A stretch of DNA of 64,000 nt from Eledone cirrhosa. Its lineage: Eukaryota. This document shows positions 44,180 through 57,770 of the stretch, piece by piece (within the stretch, counting starts at the first letter, position 1; each line of letters begins with the position of its first letter). The position numbers were made by a program, and so were the translations under genes. The notes beneath the pieces are model-generated. The model was not told where the DNA came from and searched no databases. It was given only the letters and a program-made list of their open reading frames with translations. The stretch spans positions 190,960,001 to 191,024,000 of the forward strand of contig OZ024740.1 in NCBI GenBank assembly GCA_964016885.1, read 5' to 3'.

Positions 44180-44993
44180 AAGTTCTATTTAATGATGTTG
44201 GGGTTCAAGAAGTAAATATTTGTATAACTGATATAAAGCACTCGACAAGTTTTTGGAGTAGATATACGATATTAATAAATGGAAACTATATTTATAAAAC
44301 CAGATTTATTTCATTATACATATTTCAGGGATACCACATTAAATTATGGTATGCCTTCATCAGACAAAATACAATATATAACAGTTTTACAAATAGCTTT
44401 GGCGTACCCTTTTAAAATGCAACCATTACTTTTGGAGGTTGTCTGGATAGTGATTTGTTTATATTTTTTTAATAAGTCATAGTGTTAAGCACAATTAGAA
44501 AAAGACGGCGAGAAAGAAAAAAAAGAAAAAAAGACGGAGAGAAAGAAACCTTGAGAAATATCGGAGAGAGAGAGAGACATGTATGGAGAAAAGAAAGAGA
44601 TAAATAAAGATGGGAGCAAATAAAAAAGAAAGAAAGAAAAAAGGAAGAAATAAGAAAAACAAAGGAAAGCAACAGAGAGATATCAAGTCATCATACAGAT
44701 AGAAAAACTCAAGAGAGAGAAATACTATATAGAGAGAGGGGTAGACAAATGAAAACTTTACGTCATGTCATATTAAGTTGAGTTAACAATTTATATGAAA
44801 TGAATAATAAAAATATAAATATCAATATTGATGAATGGGACATAGATATATAATATAAGTAATTTAACATTGTTCAATAATGACTATATGTTTAGTTTAA
44901 AAACTTGAGATCAATATACCAAAATCTGAGTTAAATCGTTCAAAATGTACCCTTGGTATAGAGATCAGTATCTTATGCTAAGACATACAAATA

Positions 44994-45040
<47 letters not shown>

Positions 45041-48000
45041 GCACGTCCTGAAAATAGAAATTATGTTTAGTCAAGCCAACAGTATAGCCATACAAAACGT
45101 AAATGATTTCTCTTAATCACTGCTATACATTCCTTGTGTTATAAAAAGTATACAGTATATATACATAAATATATACGATTAATATTCATGTCCTCATATA
45201 TACGATTACCATTCATGTATTTAATATTATGCATATCTGCAACATACCTCTCACCCACATAGATATATATACATACATATATACACATACATATGTATAA
45301 ATAAATATTTGCATCGCTCATGTATATATACAGACATATATACAAACACAAAAAACCAATAACACTTTATATGCATGTTAATACACACATATGCATTTGT
45401 ATAGAGATAATCAAATATCAATACATTACTAAATGATTATAACTTGTAAATATAAGCATAACAATATAGATTTAAAATACCAAAGGAATATATTTTGGAA
45501 ATGCAACTATATCAGTATATTCAAAAGAAATCTAGAAATATCAAAGCATTAAGTATCTTTAAAACACTATAGAGTATCTTAAGTTAAAATAATATGTTTT
45601 ATCTATTTAGTATAGAAATTTATCCTTCGTATATCTCAATCAAGATATTGAAAGGGCAGACTTATGAAAGTTATGAGAAGCTATCAGAATCAAAACAAAT
45701 AAATAAAAATAATTTAAAAGATTCAAAAAACCTAATGATTCTACAGATAACCTTATATTTAGTATAGAATTTTATCCTACGTATATTTATTTAATACATT
45801 GGAAGTATAGACATTTTAGAGTAGTTTATTTTATCAATGTTTATATTTAGGAAGAAAGTTTAAAAAGAAAAAGGTGAAGGAATCTAATGATTTATCGACA
45901 GGTTTCATATATTAACTAAATTACTTAATTAATTATATTACATTTTAAATTTATATTTATATTTAAACGTTGAGTTCAACCTATGTCTGCAGCAACTGAA
46001 TAAATTGTTCCTTAGATTGAGGGAATTTTTGGACTTTAATATGAAGAATATTTCTTCAATACAAAGATCACAATTTTCTGAAGAGGAATTAAAAGGAGTA
46101 GCTTGTGAAATAATATTCCAATTCATCGAATATTTAATATTATCTCGTTTTAGGTCCCATAGTAGGCTAGATAGCGAAGTTGAAGATTTTTTGTTTGGAT
46201 CTGTGAAAGAATTCTTATGATTATTGAAGCGAAATTTAAATTCTGTAGAGGTGGAACCAACATAGTTAAATGAATTTAACTTAGTTTTAACATTACAATT
46301 GTACATTACATGTTTAGCTAAGCAGTCGTTATTTAACGGACAGTTAGATTTATTTCTACAGTTACAGTTATTTAATTGAATATTGTTTGGGTTATTATTG
46401 GTATTTTGGTTAGGTTTTAAATTCCTATTATTAATTCTATTAATATTTTGTGCTAAATTTTTGGTGGACGAGTAAGTTAATTTTATAGTGTGTCTATTAA
46501 TAATTGAGTAATATTTATGTGTTCTAGGGAAGCGTTTGTCAAGAGCTTTAAAGAATAGTTTAACAATAGGGGTTTTAATATTTAGTGAGAAAGGGGGAGC
46601 AAACCATAATATATTTCTAGTTCTATTTCTTTTTCGGCTTTTTGAATTATTGTAATATTTTCTATTATAGTTAAAGTTGTTACCGTAATTGAAATTGTTA
46701 TTATTTTGGTTAGTTTGCTTATTATTATTATTATCGATGTATTTAATTTTATTTCTATATCCAGCTCTACCTAACGTTTCGTTGTAATACTCCGCTTTTT
46801 CATCAAATATATTTTTATTAGATGAAATTCTTGAAATTCGTTCTTGAACAGAGTTCACTATAGTATTTTTAACAGATCTGGGGTGATTAGAGTTAAAGTT
46901 GACATAGTTCTCATTTAGTTTGTGAAATGGGTAATGAAGACATGTGTTGAGATTTAGTGTTACATCAAGAAAATTAACTGTTCTATGGTTATTCTCTATT
47001 TCTATTTTTAGATTAAGGTAATTAAAAAATTGTATAATTTGTTTCCTTTTTCTATTTAGTTCACAGTTATTATTTTCTATAAGTAAAAGCATGTCATCAC
47101 GATATAATCCTCGGGTTACACCTGGTATTTTTCTATGTAGCGAATTAATTATAAATAGGCCCACAAGATCCGTTACCTGAGCTGAGTCTGATGATCCCAT
47201 AGTTATGTCTAAATTATTATTTCTATCTGCCCTAGTCCAGAGTTGGTTATTATATTCTATCAATGTTTACCTTGCCGATAATATAATGTGCATTTCATTG
47301 CTAGTTATGTCAGTATGTTTAAATGCGTAATTTAGTGCCTTATTCAGTAGATTAGGAGTGATAGATGAATAGTGGTTAGCAATATCCAGCTCAATAAACT
47401 TATTATTATAGTTATATTTAATTTCTTTAAACCAATCAATAACCTCACTAGTCCCTTTCCATAATTTTAAGTTAGATAAATTAGGTAATTTATAATTTGT
47501 TGTATTACCCTGTCTAGAATATTTTTGCTAAGTTTTCCCAGGTCAGATTTAGATGGTGCAATTAATCTGACTGGTAAATCATTTTCAAAGTTTCTTTTGT
47601 GATCCTTCATATTGATCTTGGGTTTCCTAGGCATGAAGGGTTGTGTTTTATTCTCAATGTCTAATTTATGCATTATACAAGATGCATCTGTATTCAGTTT
47701 TTCAAGTTCGTCCTTACTTGATACCTTGTACTTTTTCCTTAGTTCTTTCAATATAAGGTCGTTATACATGTCCTTTTGTACTCCATAAAGGTTATTAGTT
47801 TTGTATATATGTATGTATATATACATGAGCGATGCGGGAGGTCGCACGCAAATATTTATTTATACATATGTATGTGTATATATGTATGTATATATATTTA
47901 TGTGGGTGAGAGGTATGTTGCAGATATGCATAATATTAAATACATAATTTCTATGTTGCAGATATGCATAATATTAAATACATGAATTGTAATCGTATAT

Positions 48001-48157
48001 ATGAGGACATGTATATTAATCGTATATATTTATGTATATATACTGTGAACTTTTTATAACACAAGGAATGTATAGCAGTGATTAAGAGAAATCATTTACG
48101 TTTTGTATGGCTATATTGTTGGCTTGAGCAAACATAATTTCTATTTTCAGGGCGTGC

Positions 48158-48205
<48 letters not shown>

Positions 48206-48929
48206 ATGTCTTTGCATAAGATACTGATCTCTATACCAAGGGTACATTTTGAACGATTTAACTCAGATTTTGGTATATTGATCTCAAGTTTTTAAACTAA
48301 ACATATAGTCATTATTGAACAATGTTTAATTTCTCATATTATATATCTATGTCCCATTCATGAATATTGATATTTATATTTTTATTATTCATTTCATATA
48401 GATTGTTAACTCAACTTAATATGACATGACGTAAAGTTTTCATTGTCTCCCCCTCTCTCTATATAGTATTTCTCTCTCTTGAGTTTTTCTATCTGTATGA
48501 TGACTTGATATCTCTCTGTTGCTCTCATTTGTTTTTCTTATTTCTTCCGTTTTTCTTTCTTTCTTTTTTTTATTTTTTCCTATCTTTATTTATCTCTTTC
48601 TTTTCTCCATACATGTCTCTCTCTCTCCAATATGTCTCCAGGTGTTCTTTCTCTCTCTCCGTCTTTTTTCTTTTTTTCTTTCTCTCCGTCTTTTTCTAAT
48701 TGTGCTTAACACTATGACTTATGAAAATAATATAAACAAATCACTATCCAGACAGCCTCCAAAAGTAATGGTTGCATTTTAAAAGGGTACGTCAAAGCTA
48801 TTGGTAAAACTGTTATATACTGTATTTTGTCTGATGAAGGCATACCATAATTTAAGGTGGTATCCCTGAAATATGTATAATGAAATAAATCTGGTTTTAT
48901 AAATATTGTTTCCATTTATTAATATCGTA
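44176..48929 (-). mobile_element. 5'-truncated Naiad-like PLE with inverted 3' end (arms ~44265-45346 and ~47803-48929)
   Basis: Related to 25313-30063; HHRs at 44307-44371 (minus) and 48823-48887 (plus). Confidence 0.9.
45938..47802 (-). pseudogene. Naiad-like RT plus GIY-YIG, frameshifted and 5'-truncated
   Basis: ORFs 47467-47847 and 45938-47263; GLYRDD, CNCRNKSNCPLNNDC, YVGST. Confidence 0.9.
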
Positions 48930-48961
48930 TATATATATATATTTATATATATATATACATT

Positions 48962-49091
<130 letters not shown>

Positions 49092-49506
49092 GCGTGTATG
49101 TGTGTGTGTGTATCAATATTTTCATTGTATGTATGTGTATGTGTAAATGTGTGTATTGCCTACCACGTGTGTTTGTTTATTTATTTGTGTCCTTTCCTGT
49201 ATCGCTGTCAACTTTATGATACTGTTTATTTTCTTATGTCGTATATTGTTTAGTTTTGTTTGACGGCCTATTGCATTATATGGTTGTTCATTGATTTTAT
49301 TTTTTCTCATAATTAATTGTGTGTGCGTATGTAGGTGTGAGTACTTATATATCTATATGTGTGGGCGTATGTATGCGTGTATATGTGTGTGTATGTATGT
49401 GTGTGTATGTACGTGTGTATATATGTATGATTATGTGTGTATATATATATATGTCTGTGTGTGTGTGTGTGTGTGTGTTTGAGTATTTATGTGTATGTGT
49501 ATGTAT

Positions 49507-49596
<90 letters not shown>

Positions 49597-49622
49597 GTAT
49601 ATATGTGTGTATATAAATATAC

Positions 49623-49654
<32 letters not shown>

Positions 49655-50026
49655 ATGTATATGTGTGTGTGCAAGTGTATGTGTGTGTGTGTGTACATGT
49701 GTCTTTATCTACTTTTATATTTATTATTTTTCCTCTCCATCCTTTTCCAGCTTCACTTTCATATAGATTATATTATTGTTTTTAAAATCCACTGTCAATA
49801 ATTACACCACGATTTTTTTCAATGTGATGACTGAAAGCAAATGTTGTTTGCTTTCAAGAACCCACCGATAAATGAAATAATTATCTCATGTTGTTTATTA
49901 CATAACTAATAAACTCTGTAACCTACATCGACCAGTCCTTTTTCCTGGACCATTCCGACGGAATTACTTCATTTATCCACACACACACACACACACACAC
50001 AAATATATATATATATATATATACAT

Positions 50027-50102
<76 letters not shown>

Positions 50103-50208
50103 ATATAGAACAGAGGAATTGTGGTAAGGAGCCATTTGGACCATAACGCACCAGAGTATTCAATACTTAGGGTAGTAGTCTAAGTGTGAGAAATGAAGTT
50201 TAATTTTT

Positions 50209-50230
<22 letters not shown>

Positions 50231-50251
<21 letters not shown>

Positions 50252-51958
50252 CGAAGGGATTGTGGTAAGGAACCAGATGGACCATAACGCACCAAAGTAC
50301 TTAATACTTAGGGTAGTAGAGTGGGTAATAGGAACAAGTATGTCTCCGACGGCAGAGCTCAAGCCGTTTCCACGGCTATTTCTGGACTAAATAAGAATGT
50401 TTAGCCTGGTAAATAAATAGCCGAACTTCTCAGGGGGAATTTCCGTATTTAGGAAGATAGTAATTGTCGAGAGGATTGGGCAAAAGTTTGTTGTAAATAC
50501 AGATGAATGTATCATGGCATTTGGTGGGAGGTAGGGGTGGCTGAACTTGCCGGTAGAACAAATAGGGAGTGGGGGAAACCCAGTCAAGCGTTGAAAGTAA
50601 AATCTATACAGCAGATTCTAAGGATAGTGTATAAAAGGTAAAAACAGTGTACTGGAGAAGAGGAGAGGGGTTGAAAGAATAGGTATATCGAAATGGAGTA
50701 AAAAAAAAACATTATAAAAATAAGGAAATAATTATATAAAAAATTATTTCTGATTACTAAGCCATTTCCACAATCACCAAACTTCTAATTGGTATTGCTA
50801 TGCTATAGAAAAGTGTAATAGGTGGAGAATGGGAACAATACTAATTACGAGATAGTAGTGAAAGAATTTTATAAAGCCGGCGTTACAGGGGTCTAACACC
50901 TCTGCTATAGATATTTAGTAATCAGCCAATGCTATCTTACAAAGACAGGTTAATAAGATGAAAACAAAAATACTACTACAAAAATACTAATACAAAATAT
51001 TAATACAAAAATATTAATACAAAAATACCACTAAGAAATTTAGAAACCACAGAAATACAGCTGCTACCAGAAAGAAAAAAATATATTGGGGTCTAACACA
51101 TCTGCTATAAAAAGCGTAATCGCCCAATTCTAAATTAAAATTAGGGGGTAGGAGGTACTTATGCTACAGAGGACTGATAGGCTGCATCGGGGTAGTTGAA
51201 AGGTGTAAAAAAGACGAGGAAGGAGCTCTGGGGTGGAAGGACTAGGAAGAGATAGAGGGAAAAAGGAAACGTCTACATTTGTAAGCAGGGGGTTACCCCT
51301 TACAAAATAGGAAAATGGGGGGTATCAGCCCTTGTCTACCACCCAGGGTCATTATGTGATTTGAGGGCGAGGTAAGTCCTACGCAATATGTGTGTGCATG
51401 CGGTTACCAGTTGGTCTTTCTTGTTTTGGAATTGGTCTTTCGAAAACAACATTTGTAATGTTTCCTCCGAGCATACGTTACACGGACGGCGTCCTCCCGT
51501 GTAAGAGTTAGCTTTGGACAGTAAGCTCCAAGTGAGATTGTAGGTTATATTATCTTTGAGGTCCCAGATGTGGCCCGAACGTGTAGTGGCATGTCGCCGG
51601 GCCGGGTTTCGGAAAGTATGTCGGTGTTGGTAGAGCCGGTACTTGATATCACAAGCGGTTAATCCTATATAATCTGCTGTATAGATTTCACTTTTAACGC
51701 TTGACTGGGTTTCCCCCACTCCCTCTTCGTTCTACCGGCGAGTTCAGCCATCCCTACTTCCCAACAAATGCCAAGATACATTTATCTGTCTTTACAACAA
51801 ACTTTTGACCAATCCTCTCGACAATTACTATTTTCCCAAATAAGGAAATTCCCCCTGAGAAGTTCAGCTATTCATTTACCAGGAAAAAACATTCTTATTT
51901 GGTTCAGAAATAGCCGTCGAAACGGCTTGAGCTCTGCCGTCGGGGTCATACCTGTTCC
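50231..51958. mobile_element. Fold-back Naiad-like PLE (GIY-YIG remnant 51336-51670 minus; arms ~50330-50620 and ~51670-51958)
   Basis: YIGLT...RLYQH...HIWDLKD...CNVC...ACTH; HHR-like motif at 51851-51945. Confidence 0.85.
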
Positions 51959-51977
51959 TCTCTGTCTCTCACTCTCG

Positions 51978-52118
<141 letters not shown>

Positions 52119-52119
52119 A

Positions 52120-52818
52120 GTATCGGTTTACCGAACATTTGTTATAATGTTCGGTTTGTTTGTAAACAAACAGTCCGAATTATTAGCCATGCAGTTTCTG
52201 CAACCAACGTTGCCATTTTGTTCTACACTGACAAAGGAACGATGAACTACGTTCTAGCTTATTAGCTGTCATCACCACCGTATACCTTCATCTCAGTCGG
52301 GTGTACCGAAAACTGTAAATGTTAAAAATCAAATTTCATTTCTCACTCTTAGTACGGATGATACTTCAAATATAAGTATGTATACAGACGTACAATTGTA
52401 TGTATATACATACATACATGCACATATATATATATATATACGTATGGGTTTACCGAACATTTAATTTAATGATCGGTTTGTCTGTAATGAAACAGCCCTA
52501 ATTATTAGCCGTACATATCTGTGACTAACAACAGAATGTTTTAAGTCTGCATGCCTGACATATATGCGAATCTTGTGAATAAACAAATCAAGGGGTTTAC
52601 CTGGCCTTGCTGATCCCTGCCAATCATCTTTTGTTATGTATCGTCTTATTGCCTAATGTCATCGTCTTATTGGCTAATCAACCAATAAGAGTAATTGTTG
52701 CTCAAAAGCATCCGCCACTTTGTTTGCACGTTCATTTATCGTTTCGCTTTCGAATCATCTTCCTGTATTTCGTCGTTTAACATCAACATATTTGTTTTCG
52801 TTTGTTTAAGTTATATTG

Positions 52819-52856
<38 letters not shown>

Positions 52857-54183
52857 TACATATACATATAAGTGTCCATGTATGTATGTATATACATACT
52901 ACTTTACGTCTGTATACGAGGTGTGTCAGAAACGTTCCAGGACTGATGTCACAAAAGATTTATTTCAAACCCAAACTTCGCACTAAGCGTTTTCTTCTTC
53001 AAAGTAATCCCCCTGTAGTATGTAACGGTAATCTTAGCTCTCTGCAGCGATCGAACTTTTTTCTTCATAATGTCATATACATGTCCTCTGTTTCAGGTCG
53101 TCAAGCAATGAGCACAGAGCAAAAAACAAACTTGAAAACTCCGTCAGAAGCACTGGAATTGCTGCAGCAAATGTATAGAGATGCGACGATGTCAGGCTCA
53201 CGTGTTTTTGAGTGGTGCAAGAGGTTTAAAGAAGGACAGGAGGACGTGGAAGATGACGACAGGAGCGGAAGGCCGTCACCAACCAAGACTGACGTCAACT
53301 TTGAGCGTTTCGGGCACATGGTGCGTAGCGATCGTCGGCTGAATGTTCGACTGATGGCAAATGAGCTGGGCATGAATCGGAACAGCGTCTGGAAGATTCT
53401 CACTGAAGATTTGGACATGCGGAAAGTCTGCGCGAAGATGGTGCCAAAACTGCTGAACGATGACCAGAAGGGTCGATGCATGCAAATGTGCCAGGACAAG
53501 CTCGAGCGTCTTGAAACCGAACCAGACTTGCTAAAGACAGACATCACCGGTGATGAGTCATGGATCTTCGTGTACTACCCGGAGGGGACCCGTTTTGAAG
53601 ACGTGGACTGCATCAAAAATGCCGTGACGACAGAACTGCGGAGGATCCCGGAATAATCCTTCCAGGAGTGCATGCAAGCGTGGCAGAAAAGGATGGAAAC
53701 GTGCATTAGACTCCAGGGGGATTACTTTGAAGAAGAAAACTCTTAGTGTGAAATTTGGGTTTGAAATAATTTCTTTTGTGACATCAGTTCTGGGAGTTTT
53801 CTGACCCAACTCGTACATATATGTATGTACGTATACATACTTATATTTAAGTATCAGCCATTCTATGAGTGAGAAATGAAATTTAATTTTTTTATTTCAT
53901 CGTTTTCGGTACACCTGACCGACTAACTCACACGATATGCAAATTAGGCTGCTCAGCCGTTAATATGCATGAGGAAAGTATATACTTTCAAAAGTTCAAT
54001 CGATTGACAGGAAGGTATACGGTGCTGATAACAGCTAATCAGCTAGAAACTAGTTCATCGTTCCTTTGTCAGTGTTGAACAAAAGGGCAACGATGGTTGC
54101 CGAACATTGTACGGCTAATAATTCAGGCTGGTTGTTTACTAACAAACAGGGCATTATAATAAATATTTGGTAAACCCATACGT
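52120..54183. repeat. Diverged inverted pair of an unclassified repeat (52120-52393 and 53826-54183), with a partial third copy at 52441-52515
   Basis: ACACTGACAAAGGAACGATGAACTA and its reverse complement; the left copy lacks ~80 bp. Confidence 0.7.
52917..53813 (+). mobile_element. Non-autonomous mariner (irritans-like) with ~100 bp TIRs and TA target duplication
   Basis: TA|CGAG...CTCG|TA; RSGRP, KMVPKLL, TGDESW...YYPE fused directly to GTRFEDV, so the catalytic core is deleted. Confidence 0.9.
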
Positions 54184-54350
54184 ACATATATATATGTGTG
54201 TGCATGTATGTACGGTATGTATATACATAATACTGTAGTTCTCTATACATATATATATATATATATATGTACGTATACATACTTATATTTATATATATAC
54301 ATATATACATTTATATGGTGTATATATGTATATATATACATATAGATACA

Positions 54351-54400
<50 letters not shown>

Positions 54401-54407
<7 letters not shown>

Positions 54408-55846
54408 GAATAATCGAGTATCGAAAAATCGGCGCACGAGTTCACGATAAACAAAATTCGATATGAGCGGCAGAGGGCTCAATAATTTAGATAAATCAGA
54501 GCTATAACTATCGTTAAAATACCGTCACACATAGAACAAGTCTATAATCAACCATACGACCGAAAAATAGCGATCTGGAAGATTCGGGACACTCAGATAA
54601 AAAATCAATAAATCAAATGAATGTAAAAAGCATACCCGGACCCGCTAGAAAGATGGTAAATCTAGCTTCTTGGGTTTCTGTAAATCCTTAAACTGTCCTC
54701 TATCAGCTCACATAAAAATATATAAGACTTCTAGATGCCAGCGGACGGGAATTTACTTCCTCAACGAGCTTTTGTCCAAACGAATGAAAAGGCATAACCC
54801 AGGTTAAATACGCACATGTAATTCAGCAAGGGAGATAACCTCTATATCCGCGAAAAATATTCGGGAATGTGGAAATACAAATATCGAATAAGAGTGCTCA
54901 ATAGACATATTAAAATAAACAGGATCTATTCATCATTTAATAGAATCGACAAAAAATGAACAATAAAATTAACTGGTCAATAGCTTGGTCTAGAGCTAAA
55001 TATAGTAGAATAATCGAGAATCGAAAAATCGGCGCACTAGTTCACGATAAACAAAATTCGATATGAGCGGCAGAGGGCTCAATAATTTAGATAAATCAGA
55101 GCTATAACTATCGTTAAAATACCGTCACACATAGAACAAGTCTATAATCAACCATACAGCCGAAAAATTGCGATCTGGAAAATACGGGACACTCAGATAA
55201 AAAATCAATAAATCAATAAATTAAATGAATGTAAAAAGCATACCCGGACCCGCTAGAAAGATGGTAAATCTAGCTTCTTGGGTTTCTGTAAATCCTTAAA
55301 CTGTCCTCTATCAGCTCACATAAAAATATATAAGACTTCTAGATGCCAGCGGACGGGAATTTACTTCCTCAACGAGCTTTTGTCCAAACGAATGAAAAGG
55401 CATAACCCAGGTTAAATACGCACATGTAATTCAGCAAGGGAGATAACCTCTATATCCGCGAAAAATATTCGGGAAAATGTGGAAATACACATATCGAATA
55501 AGAGTGCTCAATAGACATATTAAAATAAACAGGAGCTATTCATCATTTAATAGAATCGACAAAAAATGAACAATAAAATTAACTGGTCAATAGCTAGGTC
55601 TAGAGCTAAATATAGTAGAATAATCGAGTATCGAAAAATCGGCGCACGAGTTCACGATAAACAAAATTCGATATGAGCGGCAGAGGGCTCAATAATTTAG
55701 ATAAATCAGAGCTATAACTATCGTTAAAATACCGTCACACATAGAACAAGTCTACAATCAACCATACGACCGAAAAATTGCGATCTGGAAGATTCGGGAC
55801 ACTCAGATAAAAAATCAATAAATCAATAAATCAAATGAATGTAAAA
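54401..55846 (-). repeat. Tandem array of ~2.4 units of 600-610 bp, highly similar
   Basis: Unit starts 54401, 55001, 55611; tentative large HHR fold at 54634-54769 (minus). Confidence 0.9.
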
Positions 55847-55915
55847 GAAAAAGAGATGAAATCGAAAATGCAACTGAAGTCTTATTTTTTTTTAAATATA
55901 TATATTTATTTGGTT

Positions 55916-55953
55916 CCTTTACCGGTTTCGCAGTTCTTCTGCTTTTCAAAAGG
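55916..55953 (-). ncRNA. Minimal hammerhead with U3:A8 core
   Basis: CCTT-TTGAAAA-GCAG-aagaa-CTGC-GAAA-CCGG-TA-AAGG. Confidence 0.8.
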
Positions 55954-56471
55954 TGAGTTGAGATGGAGGGTCTGTGGTTTTTCTCACATCTGGTTGGACT
56001 CTGAATGTTAATTGTTTTATATGGAAAAAGTGGCTCGAAATTCCATGTTTTTCGAGAAGTAATTTGATTGGTTTGTCAATAATTATAATAAGTTTCGCGC
56101 CAGTTCGCGTTACAATAGTTCTTCAAATAAGAGAGGGGGGGGGGTTGTCACAGGTTGTTTTTTCATATATGAGTGTTTGAATTTCTTTTTACTTGAAAAA
56201 AGGAGGCTCACGAAGGATTTTTTTTGGTTGGTTATAAATGAAATTTGGCTGTCACGTGAACAAGTTTTTATTACATTTTTGCGCCCTTATTTGGAAAACT
56301 ATTCTGTAGTCTTTATAGTGAATGTTATGACAATGGAGATATAGTGGTCAAGAGAAAAGGGATTGGGAGAAATGTTCTGGTTCAGTGAATATGGCCAGCT
56401 CGCCGAGGTCTCAGAGTTCAGATTTTCTATTGAGACTGAAGATATGTATGTTTATTTGTGTGCTTGTGTTT

Positions 56472-56539
<68 letters not shown>

Positions 56540-56786
56540 TGGAAGATGATTCTATTAGTAGAGATTGGGGAGGGAGTTGTGTGTGTGTATATATGGGTGT
56601 TATGTGTGTGTGTGCGAGTATGTTAAGATGGAGAGAATATATATTTTGTGTGTGTGTATATATATATATGTGTAGGAAAGTGGTTCTATTAGTAGAAATG
56701 GGGAGGGAGTTGTAGGTGTGGGGGTTGTTATGTGTGTGTATGGGTGTTATGTGTGTGGGAGTATGGTTAGCATGTTAAGATGAAGA

Positions 56787-56821
<35 letters not shown>

Positions 56822-56929
56822 GTGTGTGTGTATGTGTGTGTGTAGGAAAGTGATTCCTTTAGTAGGAATATTTTTGAATGAACATATTTTCCTTACTTTT
56901 TCGTGTTTGCTGTTGTATTGCCAGTGCAA

Positions 56930-57770
56930 CACTGATTTATCGATACCAGGAAGACCTAACTAAAAAGGAACGCGATTATTTAACAAATTTTGAATACAAA
57001 ACCAGCAACCTTTACGGACTTCCGAAGATCCACAAATGTAAAATAATCAACGATGCCTGTAAACAATCCACCTCAGCCTGCGTGAACACACAATACCCCA
57101 CAGACCTTAAATTAAGACCAATTGTAGCGGGCCCACAATGTGAAACACACAGATTGAGCAGCTTTATAGACATACTACTGAAACCAATACTGAAACACAT
57201 ACAAGCCATGTAAGAGACGATCTGGACCTCTTAAACCACCTCCCCAAACATGTCAACAACGACACTATTATTGTGTCTTTCGATGTAGTGAATCTCTACA
57301 CAACGATCCCACACCAATACGGACTAGAAGCAATAGGATTCTGGCTAGAGGAATATCACAATGAGATACCTGACACAATAGAAAAAAGCTTCATCACCGA
57401 GGGATTAAAATTCATCCTACAGAACAACTTTTTTGATTTCGATGGCAATACTTACAAGCAAATATCGGGGACTGCGATGGGCACAAAAGCCGCTCCAACT
57501 TATGCCAACTTAGTCATGGCATACTTAGAAGTCCAGATATATGAACAGTCCAAATCAAAATACGGATTGAACTTCCACAAATATTTATCAGAGAATTGGA
57601 AACGCTACTTGGATGATTGCCTCATTCTTTGGTCCCATACACTCGACCAACTGAAGGATTTCAAAAACTTAATAAACGGCATCAATAACCACATCCAATT
57701 CACAATGGAATACAGCCAAGATCAACTCCCATTTCTGGACATCTTAATCACAAAAAAAGACACAAATAAG
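56930..57770 (+). pseudogene. Neptune-like PLE reverse transcriptase fragment
   Basis: YGLPKIHK, LRPIV, SFDVVNLYTTIPH, GTAMGTKAAPTYANL, RYLDD, LPFLDI. Confidence 0.85.

Noticed and set aside
52120-54183. Composite transposon with outer TIRs carrying the mariner
   Set aside because: The outer copies are diverged, differ by an ~80 bp indel and have a third partial copy; the mariner has its own TIRs and TA duplication
55960-56450. Inverted GIY-YIG arm of the Neptune-like element
   Set aside because: Only vague Cys/Tyr remnants on the minus strand; too degraded to call without an alignment
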